From Candidatus Dadabacteria bacterium (GTDB lineage Bacteria; Desulfobacterota_D; UBA1144; Nemesobacterales; UBA2774): a stretch of DNA of 37,846 bases. The position numbers and the translations under genes are program-made. The notes below the pieces were generated by a model. The model was given only the letters and a program-made list of their open reading frames with translations, had not been told where the DNA came from and ran no database searches. The stretch covers positions 1-37,846 of the forward strand of contig JBFWTW010000002.1 in NCBI GenBank assembly GCA_050247635.1, in the 5' to 3' direction. Below, in pieces: positions 9,895 to 18,167 of this stretch. Each line of letters begins with the position of its first letter. The first letter of the stretch is position 1.

Positions 9895-9928
9895 GGCGCG
9901 CTTGGCGATTCCAGCGCGCCGCGTTTTG
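9895..9928 (+). terminator. Probable intrinsic terminator after hslU
   Basis: Perfect 8-bp GC-rich stem GGCGCGCT (9895-9902) / AGCGCGCC (9913-9920) with a 10-nt loop, followed by GCGTTTTG. It sits between the convergent hslU and Cld-family genes. Confidence 0.5.
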
Positions 9929-9939
9929 AGGTGGGCTGA

Positions 9940-10665
9940 TTACTTGACCGGGGTTTGCCAGATGACGTTCCCGACGAAGAACGGCCCCAGGCTTTCGAGG
10001 TACATCGACGTCTGCTTCGTTCCGCGCATGGTCTCTATCAGGATAGAGAGCGGATAGAGCTTTTCGCCGAGGACACCGATCACGAAGTCGTTGTCGTTCT
10101 TGTCGAGCCCGTGGCAGGCGAGCCTTATGTCCGTTCCCAGCCCTGCCTGGCCGAACTTGAATCCCACCTTGCCGTGCTCTCCGAGCACCGAGCGGCGCTC
10201 GTCTTCCGAAAGGGTTTCGAAAAGCTTGTTACGCTGGAGCGGATACCATATCGCCCACTTGAGCGCGGGGCTGAGCACCTTCTCGCGCGGGCCGTGGACG
10301 AGCGTTCTTTCGAGGTCGGGCTCGTAGCCGAGGGAATACGTCCTCCCGAGCATCGTGTACTCGGGCTTGGGCGTAAGCTCCGTGAAAGCCGGACGCGCGA
10401 GGAGCCCCCGGAGCTCGCCGACGAAAAAGCCAGGGTCCTCGTTAACGGACAGAAGCCCGATGCCGTAGGGGTCGTTGATGTCGGCGTAGAGGACGAAGTC
10501 CATGCCCGAGCCTTCGAGCTCCTTTATTATTTTCCCCGTATCGAGGCATCCGCCGAACGCGAGGAACTGCATCAGCATCCGCCTGTCCGACGATAGAACG
10601 GTCCCGTCCTTCGCCCTGCCCTTTTCGCTTATATCCAAAACAGAATTGTCGTTTGCTTCTTGCAT
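9940..10665 (-). CDS. Chlorite dismutase family protein (Cld / HemQ-ChdC-like)
   Basis: AAGGAG RBS before the ATG at 10665. Family-typical blocks: WAIWYPLQRNKLFETLSEDERRSVLGEHGKVG (His-containing heme-ligand region) and IRLACHGLDKNDNDFVIGVLG...LIETMRGTKQTSMY. Confidence 0.8.
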   Translation of the reverse strand: MQEANDNSVLDISEKGRAKDGTVLSSDRRMLMQFLAFGGCLDTGKIIKELEGSGMDFVLYADINDPYGIGLLSVNEDPGFFVGELRGLLARPAFTELTPKPEYTMLGRTYSLGYEPDLERTLVHGPREKVLSPALKWAIWYPLQRNKLFETLSEDERRSVLGEHGKVGFKFGQAGLGTDIRLACHGLDKNDNDFVIGVLGEKLYPLSILIETMRGTKQTSMYLESLGPFFVGNVIWQTPVK

Positions 10666-10867
10666 GTTTCACTCCTTTCCGAGAAAAATATAACTGCATA
10701 AAATCCCCTTGGCGATTCAGAAATTTCCGGAAAACGTGCGCTCCTCCGCTCTTCATTTTATAACCGTCCGCCAATTTTAGGCAACTTTAAAGCCGGATTA
10801 TTCACGGGGCAAGATTCCAGGGGGGTTTTCCTCCCGATCCCCCTTTCCACTGGCCAAAAAGATTTTA

Positions 10868-10896
10868 TTGGCATAGAACCATATTTATCTTATAAT
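10868..10896 (+). promoter_or_regulatory. Sigma70-type promoter for the argB operon
   Basis: -35 TTGGCA (10868-10873), exact 17-bp spacer, consensus -10 TATAAT (10891-10896), about 32 nt upstream of the argB ATG. Confidence 0.5.
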
Positions 10897-10928
10897 AATC
10901 AGCTTTATTTACCGGTGCGGCTGAACAG

Positions 10929-11810
10929 ATGAAAAATCTTATACAAAAAGCTAAAACACTCGTCGAAGCGCTCCCGTATATAGAGGAGTTTTACGGTGAG
11001 ACCATAGTTATAAAATACGGCGGGAGCATCGGCGACGACGACCTCCACGACTTCGCGCGCGACATCGTGCTGATGAAGTTCGTGGGCATACACCCGGTGG
11101 TCATCCACGGCGGCGGCCCGCAGATAGGCAATCATCTGAAAAGGCTCGGCATGGAGTCCGAGTTTATTGCTGGGCTCCGCGTGACGGACGAGGCGACGAT
11201 GGAAGTCGCCGAGATGGTGCTCGTCGGAAAGATAAACCAGAAGATAATCGAGGCGATACAGGCGATGGGCGGAAAGGCCGTCGGCGTTTCGGGCAAGGAA
11301 GGCAAGATGATCCTCGCGAAGAAGCTCGACCTCGACACCTTCGCGGCCGAAAACGGCATCGAGATACCGCCCGGGTCCGACCTCGGAATGGTCGGCGAGG
11401 TGGAATCGGTGAACCCGCATCTTATCAAAGTCCTCGAAGATTCGGGATTCATTCCCGTAATCGCGCCCACCGGATTCGACAAGGAAGGCCACACCTACAA
11501 CATCAACGCAGACCACGTGGCCGGGAAAATAGCCGGCGCGCTCAAAGCGGTAAAACTAATCCTGATGACGAACGTTCCGGGAATATTCGACAAGGAGAAG
11601 AATCTACTTTCGAGTATCACGGAATCCGAAGCCCGCGAGCTTATAAGGCAGGAAGCGATCTCCGGCGGGATGATCCCCAAGATCATGTGCGCCATAGAGG
11701 CCCTACACGCAGGGGTCGACAAGGTGCACATAATAGACGGCACCATAGACCACGCCCTCATTCTCGAAATATTCACCGACGCGGGCGTTGGAACGGAGAT
11801 ACTACTTTGA
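10929..11810 (+). CDS. argB: Acetylglutamate kinase
   Basis: VIKYGGS..., VVIHGGGPQIG, GLRVTDEATMEVAEMVL and NINADHVAGKIA are amino-acid-kinase/ArgB blocks. The gene is followed by argD and argF. Confidence 0.95.
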   Translation: MKNLIQKAKTLVEALPYIEEFYGETIVIKYGGSIGDDDLHDFARDIVLMKFVGIHPVVIHGGGPQIGNHLKRLGMESEFIAGLRVTDEATMEVAEMVLVGKINQKIIEAIQAMGGKAVGVSGKEGKMILAKKLDLDTFAAENGIEIPPGSDLGMVGEVESVNPHLIKVLEDSGFIPVIAPTGFDKEGHTYNINADHVAGKIAGALKAVKLILMTNVPGIFDKEKNLLSSITESEARELIRQEAISGGMIPKIMCAIEALHAGVDKVHIIDGTIDHALILEIFTDAGVGTEILL

Positions 11811-13009
11811 GCAGCGAAGAAACGATAGCCGAAAGCGGCGAGTACCTGATGAATACCTACGGCCGCTACCCGATCGCGCTCGCGCGCGGTAAGGGGAGCT
11901 GGGTCTGGGACGAGAACGGCAAAAAGTATCTCGACTTCATCACGGGCATAGCCGTCAACAACCTCGGCCATTGCCACCCGAACATAGTCCGCGCCGTCAC
12001 CGAGCAGTGCAGGACACTCATGCAGGTCTCGAACCTCTTTCACCTCGAAAAGCAGGCCGAGCTCGCGCGGCTCCTCGTCGAGAACTCTTTCGCCGACAAG
12101 GTGTTCTTCTGTAACAGCGGCACCGAAGCCAACGAGGGCGCGATAAAGCTCGCCCGCAAATGGGGCGGGGCCAACGGCGGGCGCTATAAGATAGTCCACG
12201 CGCGCGATTCTTTCCACGGAAGGACCCTCGGCGCGCTCAGCGCGACAAACAAAAAATATCAGTCCGGCTTCAAGCCGCTCCTCCCGGGGTTTAAGGCTGT
12301 GCCCTACGGGAAGATAGAGCCTATAGAAAAGGCCCTTTCGGACGAGAAGGTCTGCGCCGTTCTGCTCGAGCCGATTCAGGGCGAAAACGGCGTCGTCATA
12401 CCATACGAAAATTATTTGAGGGACGTAAGGCGTCTCACCAAAAAGAAGAAGGTGCTGCTAATGCTCGACGAGATCCAGGTCGGCATGGGCAGGACCGGAA
12501 AGCTCTTCGCGTACGAGCATTACGGCATCAAGCCCGACATAATGACGCTCGCGAAGGCGCTCGGCGGCGGCATACCGTGCGGCGCTTTTTTGGCCACGAG
12601 CCAGGTGGCCAGGCACTTCACGCCGGGCGTACACGGCACCACCCTCGGCGGCAATCCCATAGCGATGAGCGCGGGGCTCGCCGTCATAAAGACTATAATG
12701 GAAGACGGACTTCTGGACCGGACTGTATCGTCCGGGGAATATTTCCTCGATAGGCTCTCCGGGATTAAAGAGGCGCACCCCGGCCTCGTAAAGGACGTAA
12801 GGGGCAAGGGGCTCATACTCGGCATAGAATTCAAATCCCCAGAGATCGCGAAGGACGTGGTAACGAGGGCTGTAGGCAAGGGGCTCCTGACGATACTCAC
12901 GGAGCAGCGCGTCATGAGGCTCCTCCCCCCGCTCACAGCAGGCAAAAAGGAGATAGACCAGGCAATTGACATTATCAGCGAAACACTCGGCGAGGCGGGG
13001 AATGCCTAG
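11807..13009 (+). CDS. argD: Acetylornithine aminotransferase (class III PLP aminotransferase)
   Basis: YGRYPIALARGKGSWVWDENGKKYLDFITGIAVNNLGH, FFCNSGTEANEGAIKLAR, LMLDEIQVGMGRTGKLFAYEH and the PLP-Lys context DIMTLAKALGGG. The TTG at 11807 overlaps the argB stop (TTGA) and has GGAG 7 nt upstream. An alternative ATG lies at 11849. The listed ORF start at 11687 lies inside argB and is rejected. Confidence 0.9.
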   Translation: MSSEETIAESGEYLMNTYGRYPIALARGKGSWVWDENGKKYLDFITGIAVNNLGHCHPNIVRAVTEQCRTLMQVSNLFHLEKQAELARLLVENSFADKVFFCNSGTEANEGAIKLARKWGGANGGRYKIVHARDSFHGRTLGALSATNKKYQSGFKPLLPGFKAVPYGKIEPIEKALSDEKVCAVLLEPIQGENGVVIPYENYLRDVRRLTKKKKVLLMLDEIQVGMGRTGKLFAYEHYGIKPDIMTLAKALGGGIPCGAFLATSQVARHFTPGVHGTTLGGNPIAMSAGLAVIKTIMEDGLLDRTVSSGEYFLDRLSGIKEAHPGLVKDVRGKGLILGIEFKSPEIAKDVVTRAVGKGLLTILTEQRVMRLLPPLTAGKKEIDQAIDIISETLGEAGNA

Positions 13010-13904
13010 AAACTTCCTCAGGATTTCGGACATAAGCAAGGGGGATTTCGAGCATCTCTTCAGGCGCTCCGCCGAGCTCAAGGCCGCGAAGAAGGCCGCC
13101 AAAGCTACGCACACGCTCGCCGGAAAATCTATCGCGCTCATCTTCGAGAAGCTCTCGACGAGGACCCGCGTGTCTTTTGAGGTCGCGATAAACGACCTCG
13201 GCGCGAACTCGCTCTATCTGAACCCGAACGACCTCCAGCTCGGGCGCGGCGAAACGGTCGAGGACACCGCGAAGGTTCTCTCGTCCTACCTGGACGGCGT
13301 TATACTGAGGCTCTTCGAGCAGCAGAAGTTAGAAGAATTCGCGAAGCACTCGACCATACCTGTGATAAACGCGCTTACGGATCTCGGGCATCCGACGCAG
13401 ATCGTGGCCGACCTCTTCACGATAAAGGAAAAAGGTATCGACGTCGGCAACATGAAGCTCGCCTTCATAGGCGACGGCAACAACGTCGCCAATTCGTTCA
13501 TCGGCGCTGCTGCGGTGCTCGGCTTTAAGCTCGCGATCGCTACCCCCAGAGGCTACGAGCCCGACCTGTCGTCGCTCGGCTTTAGCGGCGAGGGCGTAGA
13601 GGTAACGAACGACCCGGACGAAGCCGTGAGCGGAGCGGACGTTATATATACCGACGTCTGGGTAAGCATGGGGCAGGAAGAGGGGACAGACAAAAGAATG
13701 AAGATGTTCAGGCCCTATCAGGTAAACGGGGAGCTTTTGGCCAAAGCCTCGAAAGACGCCCTCGTCATGCACTGCCTTCCGGCGCACAGGGGCGAAGAGA
13801 TAACGGCGGAAGTCGCCGACGGACCGCAGTCGATAATCTTCGACCAGGCCGAGAACAAGCTCCACGCGGGCAAAGCCATACTCGAAATGTTCATGAAGGA
13901 CTGA
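13002..13904 (+). CDS. argF: Ornithine carbamoyltransferase
   Basis: STRTRVSFE, HPTQ, DVWVSMGQEE and HCLPAHRGEE motifs. The ATG at 13002 overlaps the argD stop by 8 nt (ATGCCTAG), with GAGG upstream. Confidence 0.95.
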   Translation: MPRNFLRISDISKGDFEHLFRRSAELKAAKKAAKATHTLAGKSIALIFEKLSTRTRVSFEVAINDLGANSLYLNPNDLQLGRGETVEDTAKVLSSYLDGVILRLFEQQKLEEFAKHSTIPVINALTDLGHPTQIVADLFTIKEKGIDVGNMKLAFIGDGNNVANSFIGAAAVLGFKLAIATPRGYEPDLSSLGFSGEGVEVTNDPDEAVSGADVIYTDVWVSMGQEEGTDKRMKMFRPYQVNGELLAKASKDALVMHCLPAHRGEEITAEVADGPQSIIFDQAENKLHAGKAILEMFMKD

Positions 13905-13961
13905 GCGTTTCCGGAAGCGGCCCGCAAAACACGAAACCGCCCCGGATTTCCTTATGTTCCG

Positions 13962-14225
13962 TTAATAATCCGAGTCGATATTCATCGAGGGATCGGTCTC
14001 GATGTTAAACGCTCTGTTGATCGGATCGACGTCCAGAACCCAGTAGGTGCCCTTTACGAAAAGGGTCGCGACCCCGAGCGGGGGCCTTAGGGCGAGGCTT
14101 ACGAGCTTGAACGGATGAAGCGCGTCGCTCGGGTTGTAGTTATAGTTGGTTATCCTCTGGGAGTCCGCCATGGCGGCCGAAGCGAAAATCATCATTCCAA
14201 GAAGCATTCCGGCAAAGTATTTCAT
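13962..14225 (-). CDS. Small exported hypothetical protein (87 aa)
   Basis: The ATG at 14225 is preceded by GAGGAGGTGG (strong SD). N-terminal signal peptide MKYFAGMLLGMMIFASAAMA/DS. I recognise no family. Confidence 0.55.
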   Translation of the reverse strand: MKYFAGMLLGMMIFASAAMADSQRITNYNYNPSDALHPFKLVSLALRPPLGVATLFVKGTYWVLDVDPINRAFNIETDPSMNIDSDY

Positions 14226-14425
14226 GTTCCACCTCCTCAAGCGGTCATCAAGTTCCTACGCCAAATTATAATAATCGTCCCGAAAATAGTCAATGGGATA
14301 AATCCGCCCCGGCAAACGGTTAAACGCCATACTTAAAGCGCTGAATTATAAAAGCTGCGAAATTATATTAAAAAACGGGAATTTCGGGCCTCTTCCGGGC
14401 GGAGGGGGTATAATATAGGCATAGC

Positions 14426-14453
14426 TTGAAAAGACTGCCAGAATTCTTAGAAT
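14426..14453 (+). promoter_or_regulatory. Candidate sigma70 promoter for the ClpX-like/rimO operon
   Basis: -35 TTGAAA (14426-14431), 16-bp spacer, -10 TAGAAT (14448-14453). GAGG lies 8 nt before the ATG at 14476. Confidence 0.4.
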
Positions 14454-14475
14454 AATAATCCGTGAGGCGGCGCTT

Positions 14476-15594
14476 ATGAGAAGAGGAGAGAAGGTCTACT
14501 ACGTTAAGGATTTCATCCAGACAGTTCCTCTTCCCTCACCCAAAAAAATATACACAGAGCTCGAAAAGCTCGGATACAGGGGCCAGCCGCTCGCCCGGAA
14601 GGCGGTATCCCTCGCCTCTTACAGGCACGTCAAAAGATTAAAGCTCCTCCATACGAAAAGCATGCCCCGTACGGTTCTGCCGCCCCGTCCGAATACGATT
14701 CTCATGGGGCCGACGGGCTGTGGCAAAACGTATCTGATAGAGCTCCTCTTCGGCGAGATATTCAAGCTCCCCTACGTCATCATAGACATGACGAAGTTCA
14801 CGGAGTCGGGATACGTCGGCGACGACGTCGTGAACATTTTGGTCCAGCTCGTCTACGCCGCGAACGAGAGCATAGACATCGCCGAATGCGGCGTCATAGT
14901 GCTCGACGAGTTCGACAAGATAGCCGGGGCCTACAGCAGCGCGAGGTTCGCCGGGCAGGGGACGACGAAGGACGTCTCGGGTTACGGCGTACAGAGAGAG
15001 CTGCTAAAGATCCTCGAGGGGACGGATGTCCAGATACCGCTCGACTTCGGATTTTCGAGCCGCGGCCCGAGGGCGCTCATCTCGACCCGCGATATAACGT
15101 TCTTCTCCGTTGGCGCTTTTTCCGGCATACGAAGCCTCCTGGAAAAGAGGAACCTCGGGTTTCTGCAGAAGCTGGAGGAAGGAATGAGCGAGGACGATTC
15201 CATCGCCTATAATCTCACGGAAGACGAAGCGGACGATATATCGAAGTTCCACATGTTCGGGTTCCTGCCCGAGCTAATTTCGCGGTTCAACCGCATAGTG
15301 CCGTTTGCGCCGTTAAACAAAAACACGCTACTTGAGATAATCCAGATCAAGACCCGGAACTACCAGAGGGAATTCGAGGAAGAGGGCTTTCAGCTGCATA
15401 TCGAGCCGGGAGTCGCCGAGTTCATTATCGACGAAGCCGTAAGGCGTCAGACTGGCGCTCGCGGCCTGGATGTTATAATATCTAGGCACCTCGAAGAGGT
15501 AGCGTTCGAGAACTTCGGAAAGGGAGACGAAGGTGAGATCATCCTTACGATGGACTCGGGCAAAGTTTCTCACATTTTGAAAAAACGCGCATGA
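14476..15594 (+). CDS. ClpX-family AAA+ ATPase paralogue lacking the N-terminal C4 zinc-binding domain
   Basis: Collinear with the ClpX AAA+ module. Walker A is GPTGCGKT (14707-14730), the pore loop is GYVG (14809-14820) and Walker B is VIVLDEFDKI (14893-14922). DVSGYGVQRELLKILEGT is present. LGF (15154-15162) sits at the IGF-loop position, and the sensor-2 motif is GARGL. There is no Cys in the first 80 aa. An in-frame TAG at 14422-14424 leaves no room for a zinc finger. Confidence 0.85.
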   Translation: MRRGEKVYYVKDFIQTVPLPSPKKIYTELEKLGYRGQPLARKAVSLASYRHVKRLKLLHTKSMPRTVLPPRPNTILMGPTGCGKTYLIELLFGEIFKLPYVIIDMTKFTESGYVGDDVVNILVQLVYAANESIDIAECGVIVLDEFDKIAGAYSSARFAGQGTTKDVSGYGVQRELLKILEGTDVQIPLDFGFSSRGPRALISTRDITFFSVGAFSGIRSLLEKRNLGFLQKLEEGMSEDDSIAYNLTEDEADDISKFHMFGFLPELISRFNRIVPFAPLNKNTLLEIIQIKTRNYQREFEEEGFQLHIEPGVAEFIIDEAVRRQTGARGLDVIISRHLEEVAFENFGKGDEGEIILTMDSGKVSHILKKRA

Positions 15595-16901
15595 AGATAT
15601 CAATAGTGAGCCTCGGCTGCTCGAAGAACCTCGTCGACAGCGAGATCATGAGCGGAGCTTTAACAAGGTCCGGCCACGAGATCTCGCCCGAAGACGAAGC
15701 CGACGTAATTATCGTAAACACCTGCGGCTTTATAGGAGACGCGAAGAAGGAGTCTATCGACACGATCCTCGACCTCTCCGAAAGGAAGGTGAGCGGCAGC
15801 TGCCAGAAGCTCATCGTCACGGGATGCCTCGTCGAGAGGTACGCCGAGGTTCTGAAGAACGAGCTGCCCGAGGTAGACGCCTTCTGGGGGACGGGGAACC
15901 TGCTTAAGATACACGAGGTTCTAGAGGACAGGCGGCCCGGCGCGATCCACAAAAACCCGCCCGGGACGATATACGACCCCGACTCGCCGCGAGTCATGCT
16001 GACGCCGAAGCACTACGCATACGTCAAGGTCTCGGAAGGCTGCTCGCGTACGTGCTCCTTCTGCATCATCCCGAAGATGCGCGGCATTATGAAGAGCAGG
16101 CCCGTCGCGTCTATAGTCGGCGAAGCCGAGAGCCTCGCCAGGCAGGGCGTAAGGGAGATAAACCTCATCGCCCAGGACATGACGAGCTACGGGCGCGACA
16201 TCGGGACGAGCCTCGAAACGATGCTCCGCGAGCTGGCCGGGGTGGACGGCCTCCGGTGGATAAGGATTCACTACTGCTACCCGTGGGGGATAACGGACTC
16301 ACTGGTCGAGCTCATCGCGAAAGAGGAAAAGATCCTCCCCTACATCGACATGCCGCTCCAGCACATCAGCGACCGCATGCTAAGGGCGATGGACAGGAAG
16401 ACCCCGTCCGCCCGTATAAGGGAGATACTTAAAAAGCTCCGTGACGGGATAGACGACGTCGTCCTAAGGACAACGTTCATAGTGGGCTTCCCCGGCGAGA
16501 CGGACGAGGAATTCGAGGAGCTTCTGGAATTCGTCGAAGAGGCGGAATTCGACAGGGCCGGGGCTTTCAAATACTCGCAGGAAGAAGGAACCCCCGCGGG
16601 CACGATGGACGATCAGATTCCCGAAGACGTAAAGGAAGAAAGACACGAGCGGCTTTTAGAAGCGCAGTCGGAAGTTTCGCTCAGGAAGAACCTGTCACTC
16701 GTAGGAACCGTCCACCAGGGATTCATCGAAGGCGAGGAAGACGGCGATTATATTGCGAGGATACCTTCGCAGGCGCCGGAAGTTGACGGATACACCTACG
16801 TGAAGAAAACCGGAGAGTCGAAATTAAAGACCGGCGAGCTCGTGAGCATAAAGATCACGGACGCCGACGTTTATGATTTGAAGGGAGAAGTTATCCCGTA
16901 G
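15591..16901 (+). CDS. rimO: Ribosomal protein S12 methylthiotransferase (radical SAM)
   Basis: KISIVSLGCSKNLVDSEIM, VNTCGFI, the radical-SAM motif EGCSRTCSFCIIP, PYIDMPLQHISDRML and a C-terminal TRAM-like end. The start overlaps the upstream stop (ATGA). Confidence 0.92.
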   Translation: MKISIVSLGCSKNLVDSEIMSGALTRSGHEISPEDEADVIIVNTCGFIGDAKKESIDTILDLSERKVSGSCQKLIVTGCLVERYAEVLKNELPEVDAFWGTGNLLKIHEVLEDRRPGAIHKNPPGTIYDPDSPRVMLTPKHYAYVKVSEGCSRTCSFCIIPKMRGIMKSRPVASIVGEAESLARQGVREINLIAQDMTSYGRDIGTSLETMLRELAGVDGLRWIRIHYCYPWGITDSLVELIAKEEKILPYIDMPLQHISDRMLRAMDRKTPSARIREILKKLRDGIDDVVLRTTFIVGFPGETDEEFEELLEFVEEAEFDRAGAFKYSQEEGTPAGTMDDQIPEDVKEERHERLLEAQSEVSLRKNLSLVGTVHQGFIEGEEDGDYIARIPSQAPEVDGYTYVKKTGESKLKTGELVSIKITDADVYDLKGEVIP

Positions 16902-16964
16902 CTTCGGTTTGCGAGCCCTCGAACCTTACCCAGACAGCAGCACGTCACCGGCGAAAGCCCCTTC

Positions 16965-18167
16965 TTAATTCACCCCGTCCTTATCGAACATCTGGCGAAT
17001 GCCGTATGTGGTGGTCCTCTCTGCGGGGATTCGGCCTATCTCCCTCGTGAGACGTCTGAACTCCTCGGGCGGGAAGTACTGCCCGTAGCTGGCGCCTGCC
17101 GAGCGCGAGATCTGCTCTTCCATTAGAGTGCCGCCGAAGTCGTTCGCGCCCGCCGTGAGCGAGAACTGCGCGAACTCGGGGCCCTGCTTCACCCACGAGA
17201 CCTGGATGTTGTTTATCCATCCGCGGAGCATTATGCGCGAAACGCCGTACATCTTAAGCTGGTTCACGTCGCCCGGCCCTTCCTGCACCTTGCCCTTCGA
17301 ATGCTTGAAGAGCCTCGTGTTCCAGGGGATGAAGCGGAGAGGGACGAATTCCGTGAATCCGCCCGTTTCTTTCTGTATGTCCCTGAGTATTCCAATGTGC
17401 TCCGCCCAGTGATGGGGCTTGTCCACGTGCCCGTACATGATGGTCGAGGTCGTCCTCATCCCGGCCTTGTGCGCCTTCTTGACGATCCTTATCCACGCCT
17501 CGGTCGGCATCTTGCGGGGGGCTATTATCTTCCTCACTTCCTCGACCAGTATCTCGGCAGCGGTGCCCGGAAACGTGTTATGCCCGGCGTCCTTAAGCAT
17601 GACGATGAAATCCTCTTCGGAAATGCCGAGGGTCTCGGCCCCGTAGAATATCTCGAACGGCGAAAAGGCGTGCGTGTGCATTTCGGGGACGGCCTTTTTG
17701 ACGGCCTTAATGAGCTCGACGTAAAAATTCCCGTCGATGTCGGGGTGCATACCCCCCTGCATGCAGACTTCCGTCGCCCCTATGTCCCAGGCCTCCTTCA
17801 CCCTGTCCGCTATCTCGTCCATGGACAGGAAATACGCCCTTTCGTCCCCCTCGGGGGCCATGAAGTTACAAAAGCCGCAGTACGTGTTGCATATGTTCGT
17901 AAAGTTAATATTCCTGTTTACGACGTAGGTCACGACGTCGCCCACGTCCTCTTTCCGTATGGCGTCGGCCGTTACGGCAAGGGCCGTAAGCTCGTCCGGG
18001 TCGGTTATGGCGAAGAGCGAAATAGCCTCGTCCACCGTGATCTCTTCCCCGGAAAGAGCCTTGTCCAGGATCCTTCCCGTGGTGCCGTTCACCTTTCCGA
18101 GAACGCCGTCCAGACCGCCCCCCCTCGTATCCTGTATATATGTTATGGCGTCTTCAATTCGATCCAT
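16965..18167 (-). CDS. cofH: FO synthase subunit 2 (radical SAM, CofH type)
   Basis: VTYVVNRNINFTNICNTYCGFCNF radical-SAM block. The ATG at 18167 (MDRIEDAITY) overlaps the cofG stop by 14 nt. The gene lies in a cluster with cofG and cofD. MqnC/MqnE are related families, so the assignment rests partly on context. Confidence 0.78.
   Translation of the reverse strand: MDRIEDAITYIQDTRGGGLDGVLGKVNGTTGRILDKALSGEEITVDEAISLFAITDPDELTALAVTADAIRKEDVGDVVTYVVNRNINFTNICNTYCGFCNFMAPEGDERAYFLSMDEIADRVKEAWDIGATEVCMQGGMHPDIDGNFYVELIKAVKKAVPEMHTHAFSPFEIFYGAETLGISEEDFIVMLKDAGHNTFPGTAAEILVEEVRKIIAPRKMPTEAWIRIVKKAHKAGMRTTSTIMYGHVDKPHHWAEHIGILRDIQKETGGFTEFVPLRFIPWNTRLFKHSKGKVQEGPGDVNQLKMYGVSRIMLRGWINNIQVSWVKQGPEFAQFSLTAGANDFGGTLMEEQISRSAGASYGQYFPPEEFRRLTREIGRIPAERTTTYGIRQMFDKDGVN

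Noticed and set aside
7011-9915. Identical 12-mer GGCGATTCCAGC at 7011-7022 (upstream of xerC) and 9904-9915 (terminator loop after hslU). A related GGCGATTCAG lies at 10711. The 12-mers seem to flank the xerC-hslVU operon.
   Set aside because: Assuming uniform base composition, roughly 40 exact 12-mer coincidences are expected by chance in a window of this size. There is no extended similarity around either copy.
11687-11806. Listed argD ORF start at 11687, giving an extra N-terminus MRHRGPTRRGRQGAHNRRHHRP...
   Set aside because: This segment lies wholly inside argB in another frame and is Arg-rich junk. The homologous ArgD sequence begins after the TTG at 11807, which has a GGAG RBS and overlaps the argB stop.
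10724-13916. Palindrome TTTCCGGAAA upstream of argB (10724-10733) and TTTCCGGAA downstream of argF (13908-13916), considered as possible paired operators.
   Set aside because: Repeats of 9-10 nt are expected many times by chance in 38 kb, and neither resembles an ARG box.
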